A stretch of 62,409 nucleotides of DNA, filler included, from Choristocarpus tenellus KU-1152 (taxonomy: Eukaryota; Protista; Phaeophyceae), in NCBI GenBank assembly GCA_964200185.2. It is 10 parts of 10 records of this genome, joined end to end, with 100 filler letters (N's around TTAATTAATTAA, not from the genome) between each part and the next. Parts side by side here need not be neighbours in the genome. Positions count along the whole stretch, not along the records: positions 1 to 5,398 come from CAXNAD020010920.1; positions 5,499 to 10,853 come from CAXNAD020011054.1; positions 10,954 to 14,691 come from CAXNAD020018221.1; 7 more parts are not named here. One strand, 5' to 3'. Made by a program: the position numbers and the translations under genes. The notes beneath the pieces are model-generated. The model did no database searches. It saw only the letters and a list, made by a program, of their open reading frames with translations, and was not told the DNA's origin. Of the stretch, positions 1 to 11,253 are shown in pieces (within the stretch, counting starts at the first letter, position 1; each line of letters opens with the position of its first letter).

Positions 1-46
1 ATTGACCCCAAATGGACAGCCGCCACCCCCCTCAGCTACTTTGAGC
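1..46. mobile_element. MITE family 2, truncated end
   Basis: ttgaccccaaatggacagccgccaccccc..tactttgagc is the reverse complement of the start of the full copy at 22880-23048. Confidence 0.75.
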
Positions 47-3000
47 AACTCATCTTCCGTGTAGTTGAGTGTGTAGTTAACAGGGTGAGAAAGCAAGGGC
101 CTTCTGATCAAATCATACCCTACTGTGTACTTTGTCCATCAACACGGGAAGGCAAACACAATAAGCAACCTGTGGGTCACTGCAGAGTTGGACAAGCAGG
201 AAAGGGTGGACTTCGTTGATCTAGTAGACTTCTGCCTCAGCTGTGTCCTCTTCCTTGAGAGGGAAAACCAGGCAAGTAAGCCATGGTAGTCTGGTCTATA
301 TATGAGGTATTCTAGATATGATTTGTATAATGAAAGTGGATTGTTGGACTCTAGTGAGCAGCGCATAGTGCAACCCTGTTTTTTTGTTGTTGAATCCTTT
401 TCGTTGTAAACACACATGTCAAGTGTTTGTATCATACATCTTTATGTTCCTAGACATGATTTCTGCATCTCTACGTTCCTATGCGAAATTTCATCTCTCC
501 CTCCAAGTCTTCCATTACTGTACTGACTTCTTCAAACAGACCATGGAACAGTGTAGCTGGGTAATGAAAACTAATCACATGCACAACAATGAATGTGCTA
601 GTTGGTATTAATAACAAATCAAAGTAGGTTGTATCATACTGTGTTTCGAACCAAAGACACACCCCAAAAGAACTTCTCAATATTTTATCAGGAAATACTC
701 TCAGAATATACTGGAGATTTCTGGATTGGATTACTTTTAGGGCGATTGATGGACCTGCAGATCATTAACTCTTGAAGGCAGGGGTTAGGTTGAGAATGGG
801 CAGCAATAATACCCCCCAAAAAACACAAAAATCACAACTGGCAACCAGGTAATAAACCTACAGAAGGTCATTGCTGCATCTTCACCCTTCAGCAAGAAGG
901 AGCCTTTGAGCACACTTAGTGCTGCATCATCAGGCAAGGTGACTCCAAGAACTGGCAGTGAACCTCCACCAGAGGCAGTGGGAGGGGCTGTCAACACACC
1001 TTTACTTGCTAAGAGTCTCTCAACAGACCCCCTGTTGAGTTTGGCAAGGGACTTAGTGTGCCACACCAAGGTAAGTATATGGGCAATATAGGATCAATTG
1101 CCATGCCAGGGGTGATGGGTGCAAATGCACACGGAGTGATAATTCCATTAGGGTGATGAAGGTATTCTGTGAGAGCTGAAGTTCCAGTAGGGCAAAACAT
1201 GATATTGCAAGGTGTATTATGGTTATAACATGGATGAAGCTTGTGAATGGATCTGTGTATAATGAGAACTTTGGACTGAAAATATAGGTCTAAGGGGGTA
1301 GTCAAGACAAGCATAGCATGACATGTTGGGTGTTTTTTTAGTGACTAGTGGGAAGTGGTGAGCAGTCAAAAACTTCTACTATGAAGAAAATGACAGTTTG
1401 GTAAGATGATCTGATGGTGTAAGGATCATCCCTCACAGTATGAACAAAATCAATAGCTATTATTTTGTACATTTTGATATGATATTCCACTGTGCCATGT
1501 TGTCCAAACAAGAAATTCAGCACAGTATTTCCTTCACTGGTGTGAACCATGGGAAGAGGTAGGGAGTACGAGCACACACTTTAGGGTGTGGCCCAGGCAT
1601 AGAATGCATGGTTAGGAAGATGTGTGATCTAGTTACTAGTTGTACTGCCATCATCAAAGAAGCTATTGGCGTGTCTACTGGTCATACCTTCGACCCTGGA
1701 GACTCTGCAAGGATGCCATTGCGTCTTAGCCTTTACTGCTGAACACAGATGCCAACAGCCGATTGTGTCGTTGACTCCAATTATGCCATTTGTACAGAAA
1801 CGTAGCTGGGCTTTGATTCATGACAAAGAATTTGCCACCCAAGTAAAAAACGTATGTTTGGGTGATGCAAACCATTGCCCAACTTTTGAATGCAAGGATT
1901 GAACCTTCAATTCTTGATCAGATGGATACTGTAGGTAGGAGGCATCAAGTAACTACATAATGTAATCAGACTGGGACAACCGGCAGTGTTGAACAGGGAA
2001 TCAAATGCCCATCACTGAAGAGATATAAGTATACCTATATTTCGACTGGAATAACAGGGCACACCTGTCTTACACTAGGTCTTGCAGTTGAGACCCATAG
2101 AATCCTAGAAGGGGAGGTTAGGTGTCCATTCAGGACATGTGTGACCCTGTAGTGATTTTCATGTCATATGAGTGAGAGTGTCAAATGTGAAGGCGATTTC
2201 CTTAATCTAAACGAACCTTTTATATACCCCTACCTGGACCAAATTCGAAGGAAATCAAACTGGGGTATTTTACTACAACCCATCATGCTCTGAACGGATG
2301 AACTCGGCAAAGCACTCCCCCCTCTAGGATACTATGCCCCTGAAAAATATTTGCGATGTAAATACCGCCACTACCAGCACACACTAGTGTCAAAGGTTTT
2401 TCCATTTTAGAAGCATGAGATCACTTAAAGTGCACAATTGATACTTCATTAGTGCTAACGATGGTACATGTTGGGTACTGTGACTTGGAGAACCTCTTCC
2501 AGCCATGTACTGTCTACCTTGGCCCACCTTAGATCCAACCTCCCATTTGCACCTTCATTGATTTGTGCTATATTTATCCCTAACTTCACCTCATTTTACC
2601 TGTCCATGAATGACCCACCAACCAGTACTACCACCACCCTCCTGCATCGTCTAGGTCGTTTCTGATGCTGATGGCAAAGTGACAATTTTATTTGTTCCCA
2701 ATAGTCAGCTGCTCCTCAACTGGAAGAATCAGAATTTTTCCCACTCTGGACTTCATGGAGGTCTTTGGAGTCAACCAAGCAGTCCGGAAGAGAGATACCG
2801 TGCAGGTGTCGATGGAGACTGCCTTGGCAACAAAGGTTGTGATAAAATCACCATCGGTGATTCCAGTCAAAGTGATACCAAAGGCGGAGCCACTGGTGAA
2901 GAAAATACGTCAGGTGGCTGCAATGGTGGTGGAGATGGGGGTGGAGAAGGAGGAAGAGGGAGTTCTTCAGCAGTGGACATTGCTCGGTCTCCTTCAGAAC

Positions 3001-4700
3001 TCTCTGCGGCTGTTTCGAAGCTCCCCTCCCTCCCCTCATCCAGCAGGAAACCCCCTAAGCATGGCGTGCTGTGCAAATTAAAACTACTGATTCCTGTGGT
3101 TCAGAGCGTGACACCCACTGCCATGGCCAAGGTTAGACCTGGAAGGGGCCAGAAAAAATCGCAGGAAGTGGTTCAGGGAGGGATGCAAGAGGGTGGGTTG
3201 GTGGGGAGGGCAGGAGCAGAGAGTGGTTCAGGAGAATTGCAAGAGGTAACAATGGTACTGACAGTTAGTCAAGCAGGAGCAGCTCGAGATAGGATCTTGG
3301 TGGAGGGGGAGCTAGACAGGGGTGGTGAGGGACTGCGTGGGTGCGATGGGGGGGGGGTAAATAAAAAAGGCGAGATTGGAGTTGTGACCAGTAGGAATGA
3401 CTCCTGTACGAACAAAGAAACATTGTGGTTGAGCTTGAGGATGCCCACACTGGCTGTTGTGGACATAGATGCTGCAAATATGTTTGCTAACAGGGTAATG
3501 GGAGAGATTGTGTTAGAGGTTGGGGATGGTGGGATACCAAGGAAAATTCGTCTGTCAGGAACTGCAAGGGAAGAAGTGGGAGGTCCAGGGATGGATTAGT
3601 GCTAGGGGATACAGCTGTGTGCAGCTGAGTATGGTAGTTTATGGCAGCCCTCAAACAACATGTGAAGATTTGGTGGTTGAAAATGACTTTGCCCTGTGTT
3701 TGGTCAGGGGGTAGATTAGGATAGCTATTGTAACCCGTACCTCAGCAGATATGAGCTCATTGCAATGCCGTACTGGTTGTTCTGACTTCTAAGCCATGTA
3801 TATAGGGACCACACGCTTTTGAGTCAAATTAACCGAGGGGGTAAGGGGGTGCCACAGATTGTAAAAGGCCTCTCTGACTTTTTGGTGACATCTGTTCTTT
3901 GGGCACTCAGTCCACAGCTGTGGAGTGCATTTTGACTGTTTTGTGGATACTTTCAGTTTGCTGATGCAAGTTTTCCTTGTCGATGTCCTTTTCAATGTCT
4001 TCATCTTCTTAGAGTAACAGAGTTGAAACCGCCGTGTGAAACTTAAAACAGTCAAAACACACACACCTCCCACAACAGCTACTTTTGCTCCTTTTTCAAT
4101 GTGCCATTCCATCCTGGCAAAAGCTGTGGCACACACACCTTCTTTGCTTGCATCAAGGGTAACAAAAATTGTATTACAACAGTGACACACTGCCAGACCA
4201 TACTGCGGTAACATTGGGAGGGACTGTGTGATGCCTTTGTTTGATATTATACGATAGGTACAAACATGTGCAATGACATGTTAGGGTTAGGTTCATAAGC
4301 ATACAAACATGATGTTCGTTTGCAGTACTCAGTGCCAGTACTTGGTTTATACTGCGAAGAATATACATGTGCACCCTGGAGCACAAAGAATCCTGCTCTA
4401 GTATCGTTGATGCTGCAGACGTGCAACACAAACATGTCCGATTTGAATCTTTCACTCCAGCAAAACTGGATAAAAATCTTGTTTCATCACGTCAACCAGG
4501 TTGGTTTGCACAGACTCTTCATTAGAAGAAGTCGCTTGGTTTGGCTTCAGCTGACCAAACTTTACTTGACCGTGAGTAGCAAAAAGGGGCCTTGTCCACG
4601 AATTTGTCTTACATCTGGCGCTACTCGGCATTATGTCCAACAGTTTGGTGTAGCTAAGAAAAGTAGCTAATGTTTTGTCGGATCAGACACACTGGGTAGG
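47..4700 (-). pseudogene. Heavily degraded DNA-transposon coding region, possibly a P-element-like DDE transposase
   Basis: Broken minus-strand frames contain GRRYDQ..HIFLTMHSMPGPHPK (~1590-1700), LVLTTPLDLYFQSKV (~1260-1310) and TTYFDLLL..FHYPATLFH..RIGT*RC (~460-640). Their order recalls P-like transposases. Many stops and frameshifts. Confidence 0.3.
2092..2340 (+). mobile_element. MITE family 3 (PIF/Harbinger-like, 3-bp TSD)
   Basis: TIRs GACCCATAGAATCCTAGAAGGGG / CCCCTCTAGGATACTATGCCCC and TSD TGA. A homologous inverted copy lies at 60797-61069. Confidence 0.85.
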
Positions 4701-5325
4701 TACGGGCATCTGGTTGTCTTTGGACAAGACAACTGTAGTAGGTTCCTAGTGGAGGAGATTCTAACGTGTTGTGGTGAGAATGTACCGTGAATAGATCTCT
4801 ACTCTCCCCTGTGTAGTGACTGGAGGTTGCGAAATATACCTTTGTAAAAAGCTATTGATTTACCTTGCTCCTTCTGACAACATTTACAAAAAGCAGGGAG
4901 ATGTGCACATAAGAACGCATAGTCTGTGCAATAGATCGATCTATTCCCTCTTAACGGTCTGTTCATCTTGTGCATCTTGTTCATTTATTCGTACCGATAC
5001 TGTTACGATAAAAACTGAGACTAGCAATGGAATGAGTTCAATGTGCTTCTCTATGATGTTCTCTCCCCCCTGGCACACACAAAATGTTGGTGGGGATGGA
5101 TGTGACAATGATACTCCTAAATACATGCTAATAATACACTAAGCCTTAAGAACTCTAGTACTCCATCTGCTTGTATAGCTAATGGAGGATTTGTGTGGGG
5201 AAGATGATGTGATGCCTTGCCTGTCATTGTGTGTGTACAATAGTTGGGATCTTACATCTGGGCAATAGTATGTAGTGTGTGGTCTCTCCAACGAAAATCT
5301 GTGTTCCCTTGAACCCAGCCTCGGG

Positions 5326-5398
5326 ACCCAAAGTGTCTGGGGGGGGGGGGGGTCTACCCCGGGGGGTCCATTTGGACCAAAACAAGGAAAAGGAGCCT
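5326..5398. mobile_element. MITE family 2, truncated by contig end
   Basis: GACCCAAAGTGTCTGGGGG..GTCTAC..TCCATTTGGACCAAAAC matches the copy at 52600. Confidence 0.75.
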
Positions 5399-5498
5399 NN
5401 NNNNNNNNNNNNNNNNNNNNNNNNNNNNNNNNNNNNNNNNNNTTAATTAATTAANNNNNNNNNNNNNNNNNNNNNNNNNNNNNNNNNNNNNNNNNNNN
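5399..5498. other. Artificial contig linker N44-TTAATTAATTAA-N44; the same linker occurs at 10854-10953, 14692-14791, 22142-22241, 26582-26681, 32989-33088, 45695-45794, 52384-52483 and 59018-59117
   Basis: Identical 100-bp spacer with a palindromic six-frame stop core, present nine times. Sequences on either side are unrelated. Confidence 0.97.
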
Positions 5499-5646
5499 GG
5501 GGGAGAGGAGGGGTATGTCAGCAAGTTCAAGCATATAACTAAACAAAATCTATCCACACGCCTGGTTGCATCTCCAGAAGGATCATCTCTTGACTGTGTA
5601 TCTCTATACAAAAATACTCTCTTTTTTTTTTGAACAAAACAGTCAC

Positions 5647-8600
5647 AGACTTCAACATTCCATTAAAGTAGTATCCCATGGAGACAATATGTGGCTCAAC
5701 TGTTAGTTAGCCTTGGTGGTACAATGTGTTCTTCATAGAACAGTAGCAGCGCACACGTTCAGGGAAGAAGACTGCATAGAATCAATGGAAAAGGCAGAAT
5801 GGTAACATCATTATTAAAAAAAAGAAAAGAAACCAGCGAGAGAACTATGACATACTTCACTCACACCATTATTTGTGTGTGTTTGACAATTGGTGGTATA
5901 CTTTGTAATGTCATACCTATCCACTGGCATGCAACAACACGCACTATACCTTGCAATGTCATACCTATCCACTGGCATGCAACAACAGGCACTATACCTT
6001 GCAATGTCATACCTGTGCACTGGCATGCAACACCAGGCATTATAACTTGTAAGGTCATACCTATCTACTGACATGTGACTTTCAAGGTATACCTTACCAT
6101 GTCACACCTATCCTCTGACATACGACAATGAAAATATACCTCAAAATACCACATCTCCACTGACATGTGACATTGGCAGCATATCTAATAATGTCATACC
6201 AATCCAATAATCCTCCCCCACTTCTGCTTGGTGAAAATCTTAGATTTGCCCTCAAATTCAGTATGGCACCAATTTCTTCGCTGCATCTACTTCATTGGTC
6301 AGATTGCCATCTTCATGGGTTAAACAAAATAAACAAAACCAGAAAAGCAAAAAAAAAAGTCTAAATCAAAAAAATTGATCATGTTTCGGTTGGAAAAAAA
6401 AAATTGACAAAAAAAAATTGACAGCCTCCTTTGTAACCACAAAAAAAAGAAGATATCCCGGTCCGCTTTCTCCCCAATACACTCTTGTGCATCGACTCCC
6501 TCCATAATTATTATATTATTATAATATTATCGTACAAACACCCAAACACTCAAACTCCCAAACTTTTTTTTTCAACCACATTTTTTTTCTTACTACTGAC
6601 AAAGTTATTTTGGGATATAACCCTAATCCCTCACCTAGCTTCCTCGAGTATAACAACAATGACACACTGACTGACTGACTGACTGACTGACAAGCCCAGA
6701 AGATTCACTCACCGTCAACCATCCCATTGGAATTACCATCCCAGAAGACATTCACTCCTTCAATTCCGTCTTGAAGTAGGTCCTGTCAATAGGCCGACAG
6801 CGAGCAGTACAATCCAATCTTAAAAAAAAAAGAAGGTACTAAACAGAAAAACATAAAAAAATTGTATGTCCTAACATCTGTATATATATTAGGACTTGGA
6901 GAAAACATTAAAAATGTTTTATATCCAGCATGCAAATACAACCATTATCTACTAAAGTAGTACATATTCTTCTAGAGACGAACAACCATGTCATATTCTT
7001 TCAAAAAATAAAATAAAAAAATACAAAGATGACACCAGAGGAGCCCGAAATTTAAAAAAAGAGCTGTTGGACATCCCTGTCAGTTGTGTCCATTGTGCAC
7101 GAAACTACTGTTGGTGATGACCAGAACTGCCTATGTTCAAGACCAAATTCGGGATGAAATATGCACACAAAATATAGAACAAAAAAAAAACACAACTTTC
7201 CCAAAAAAAAATATTTTAAAAAAAATAGAAAAAAAGAGAGCTTAGAATTTCAAGTCGGTCCAAACGTTTTTGAGATATGGAAAAAAAAGCATTACCGCAA
7301 CGATTAAAAATATATACTTTAAAATACATATATATGTATATATATATATGTACTTTTTAATTTGCAGAAGAACGAAAGTAAGAATATTCTTTATTTTATA
7401 AATAATTTTTTCCCTTCTTAAAAGGTCCCACCAGTTTAAACCAAAGAGAAAAAGAGAAGTTATAGTAGACACAAAAGCGTTCAGACAAGGTATTCATACA
7501 AAAAACAAAAACAATGGATGAACACATCACCGCCGAGTCTGCACCAGCAATACCTACAGACACACACAGTCACACACCACTTACATCATAGGAGTCAAAC
7601 AGGAAGGTGCCCAGATTATCTGTTTGATCCTCCATACCGTCGGTATCTATCTCATACAGCTCTCCGTTATCCCTCCGCTGCGGGCTACCAAAGTAGAACA
7701 CTAAAACGGGCGAGGTGGGACAAGTGAGGTGAAATCAAACCAGGTCAGGTCAGGTCCCATCAGACAAATAAAACATAAAAAAGAGAGTAAAAATGTCTTA
7801 CGCCTTACGTGTACCAAAAAATCATTACAAAGAGTCAAATCAAATGTGAAAGGAGGACACCAACCTCAGGTCTTGTACGTCAACATCCTTAACCCAATAC
7901 ACACACTTAACACACACAGCTAGTTAGGCGTAACACCTAACCCTAACCCTAACCCTAAAGCAACTATTCAATATATGATATGTAGCGTATCCTCCTGCAC
8001 TTATCGTGGTACATACATGCATGCGTGTGTGCAGTTAACTTTTCTTTTCCCACACCTTTCCTTCAGGTATTTTGTATCACTCCATTAAAGGGCATTTTTC
8101 AAAGGGTGTGCATGAACGGGTTAGTTTTGCTCACACACATGTACCCATACATTACACACACAGATTAGAACATACCTGACATGAGAGCAACGGCGTCCGG
8201 GTTGACTTCCTCCCCGTTGATCCCGAACGTAGTGTCCACATTATTACTTCAAAAAAAAAAAACACACACACACACAGACACACACAAGGATATCATTACA
8301 ATTCACAAGTTCGGTCTCCTGTTGACGAGCGCGTGTCAAAAGTCTTTGTGATGTCAACGGACGGGGAAGGAGGAGTTGGGATTGATTTCTGCGTTGGAAA
8401 TCACTTTGTTTGAATACTTTTAAATCAAATCACCGTCACTCCACATCGTCCAATCTGAAGAAATGAAGGGAAGACGATTACGGCAACTGGTCGAATGGGT
8501 GTGTCTTTAGCCCTATCCACACGAGGGGGGGGAGGGGGGGGGTTCCATTGGAGAGAGGCCATCACTATTGCTCTGACAACTCCCTTTCAAAAGAAGTCAG

Positions 8601-9924
8601 ATACAAACAAGTATGATTCTAAAAAAAAATTATTTAAAAAATTGAAACAAAAACAAAAAAAAACACTCACAGGATCTGGCTAGTTATGGTAACATTAGCA
8701 CCCAAATAGGTTAATGCGTAGGGGGAGCTGTCTCCATTAGCAGCAGCAGGGCACGATTCAGTGGAAGAGCAGTAACCCGCCCAGTACTGAGGTCATTTGG
8801 TCATTTTTGAAAAAAAAATCACACAAGGTTGGGGAGAGATACCACAAAGAGATGCAAAGAAAGGAGTGCGTTTGTGAGGGGGAGTTCATAGAGAGTTGGA
8901 TCAGGCAAAATGAAAACCAAAAATCTGATCCTAGCATTACAGACCCTGGTGGTAAAAAAACGCACAATAAAGAGTTTTCCTTCAGAATAATAATGGAAAA
9001 TAATAATCATAAGAGCACAATGAACAGTTTGCCTTCAGAATAATAATGGAAAATAATAATCATAAGAGCACAATGAAGAGGTTGCCTTCAGAATAATAAT
9101 GGAATAATAATAATCATAAGAGCACAATGAAGAGGTTGCCTTCAGAATAATAATGGAATAATAATAATCATAAGAGCACAATGAAGAGGTTACATTCAGA
9201 ATAATAATGGAATAATAATAGTGTGCCTCAACGCAGCAATTTTTTTCTCATATTCTTTTTCCACAGGTACAGAGTAGTAAAATCCATTGAACACCTGCAC
9301 CAGTATCAATATTACTGAAAATCAGTGTCTTCTCCATTAAACGTCTAAATCGCTATCAATTCACCAGAAAAATCAGTGTCGTAAACTAGTCCTTGCTTTT
9401 CAATCTTATTCTTACAATTTACAATTTGCAACAAATATCAATGTTATTCAGTATTATTAAACGGTACAAAAAAAATAGAGCAATAATAATAATAGTAATA
9501 ATAATAATACCAGTCATACCCATCCATCCATCCATCCATCAATGATGAAAGCAGAGATGAGAACCTTGGACCTGAGTCACAGTATTCCTTTCCATTACAT
9601 CAAAAGGTACTTCCCACACATTCATTGCATGCAACATCCAGAAAAAACTAAGCAGGCCAAAAATCAAAGAAGGGGGGGTAAGGTGGGCCTTAGCCTTACT
9701 TACAAGCTTTTGACTTCACAGCTTCACGCAAGACAGGACATTAAGACTACATTCCGAATATGTTATCCCACACACGGTTGGACGAATTTATGTTGGGTCA
9801 GAGCAGGGGGGAGTAGGGGGTTGGGGGGGGGGGGGGGGGATGGAGGTGGGAGGCGTGTTCTTACAGCAAGAGTGGTGTCGACATTTTCCTGGCTTAGGTC
9901 CAGTGTGCTCACAGCAGAAGTATC
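5647..9924 (-). CDS. Internal exons of an unknown multi-exon gene, with weak resemblance to an ABCA-transporter extracellular domain. Exons about 9924-9865, 8786-8671, 8246-8176, 7685-7586, 6782-6713 and 5699-5647
   Basis: Small AG/GT-flanked exons in AT-rich introns read DTSAVSTLDLSQENVDTTLA-YWAGYCSSTESCP..TSQIL-NNVDTTFGINGEEV..-RDNGELYEID..NLGTFLFDSYD-DLLQDGIEGVNVFWDGNSNGMVD-VEPHIVSMGYYFNGMLKS. Most junction phases agree, but the 8176-to-7685 junction is unresolved. The family guess is weak. Confidence 0.55.
5897..6200. repeat. 48-bp minisatellite, 4 good copies plus about 2 decayed
   Basis: Unit tgcaatgtcatacctatccactggcatgcaacaacaggcactatacct starts at 5904, 5952, 6000 and 6048. Confidence 0.9.
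7936..7958. repeat. Interstitial telomere-type (CCCTAA)n
   Basis: cctaaccctaaccctaaccctaa. Confidence 0.85.
8962..9220. repeat. 53/54-bp minisatellite, about 4.5 copies
   Basis: Unit ccttcagaataataatggaaaataataatcataagagcacaatgaagaggttg at 8979, 9032, 9085, 9139 and 9193. Confidence 0.92.
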
Positions 9925-10953
9925 CTGTGGATTGGCTGTACATAGATATACATATAAACGGGGTTCGGAAGACTCCAAGAGTAAGAGCAAGTATATTCCA
10001 AGCATAACAAGAGTACAATACGAAGACACCCACACACAGAAATAGATACAGACACATGTAGGCAGTGAAGGAACGGCTCTATTTCTTGCACGAAAAAAAA
10101 AATCCACCTTGAAATAAAAAACAATAATAGTAAGCGGAGGACTGGCAGCGTGATTACGTTGAAACAAAAATAATAATTATAATAACAACAACAAAAACAA
10201 AAAATGCATTGTTTGTGTGTGGTACATGCACATCTCTATAATCAACGACAGATCGAGATGTAATAGAATGTAATTAGAATCAGAACACCAGTAGGCAACT
10301 ACAACAACAACAACAACAAAAAGTTGTTTAGCTCGTGAGCACTCTGTTCAATGGCGTGTGACGTAATCAGGCATGTTGCACTTCTTGGAGAATGATTGCA
10401 ATTATTGCAAACAGGCAGGTTGTAGAACCAGTCCGCCGCGAGAGGGTATGGCAATGATAAAAGTTTCCACGACACTGTGAAACTAGAATTCAAGCACGCA
10501 GAGGAACGTCACAGGAAATTTCTGACAGTTGAGAGAGGATGAAGCGTTACTGAAGGAAGCAAAAACAAACAAAATAAAGGTCAACTCCCTTATCAAAAGA
10601 TGCGTTCTTGAGAGATGGGGACACACCTGGCTAGACGCGCAATTACGCCAAGGCCCTTCAGAGATTACCTAGGATCAGGACATGTCATTGTTTCTGCCTT
10701 TTAAGATGATCAGAGATTGAAAGCATTTTTTTTTTTTCACTCACAAGCAAAAATATTTGTAAAAAAAAAATAACTCTAAAAAACGCACAAGAAACGAACC
10801 CTCAAACCATAGGTAAATAAAAAAAGTAAGAGGGGAATGGGGTGGGGTGGGGTNNNNNNNNNNNNNNNNNNNNNNNNNNNNNNNNNNNNNNNNNNNNTTA
10901 ATTAATTAANNNNNNNNNNNNNNNNNNNNNNNNNNNNNNNNNNNNNNNNNNNN

Positions 10954-11080
10954 ACACTCTCAAAACTCATTTTCTATGCTGACTGCAACTTCTGTGCACT
11001 TATGGCACCAGTAAGTAATTCGACACGGTGAAATGTACTCAGATTAAAAATATAACCATGATGTGGATTTGTTGTGATTG
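10954..11080 (+). repeat. 127-bp contig-terminal direct repeat, identical to 14565-14691
   Basis: The first and last 127 bases of the contig are identical (acactctcaaaactc...gttgtgattg). Confidence 0.95.
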
Positions 11081-11253
11081 CTGTACTGTCAAATAGTTGA
11101 TCACTATTCTGCTGGTGTTAGAAATATCCTTGCCATAGCATGCAACATTTATGATCTCTTGTTCATACACAATATATGCTCTGGAGAGAATATCATACCA
11201 CAGAAACCATTTCTACATTTGCAAGGTTATGAAAGTCTTTTGAAATTTGGCAC

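Noticed and set aside
2679-3599. 306-aa plus-strand ORF as a gene
   Set aside because: It has a non-ATG start, low-complexity Gly/Ser content and no motif. It is best explained as the antisense shadow of a Pro/Ser-rich region in a minus-strand relic.
5443-5454. Recurrent TTAATTAATTAA palindrome as a biological motif
   Set aside because: It is always centred in exactly 44+44 N, so it is an assembly concatenation linker. Adjacency across linkers is meaningless.
5799-6074. ORFs with CNVIPIHWHATT repeats
   Set aside because: They are translations of an intronic 48-bp minisatellite that is open in several frames.
6713-7685. CD36/SR-B family assignment for the minus-strand exons
   Set aside because: The expected GTDG motif does not follow ..NGMVD. 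The next compatible exon gives VEPHIV, so the family remains unassigned.
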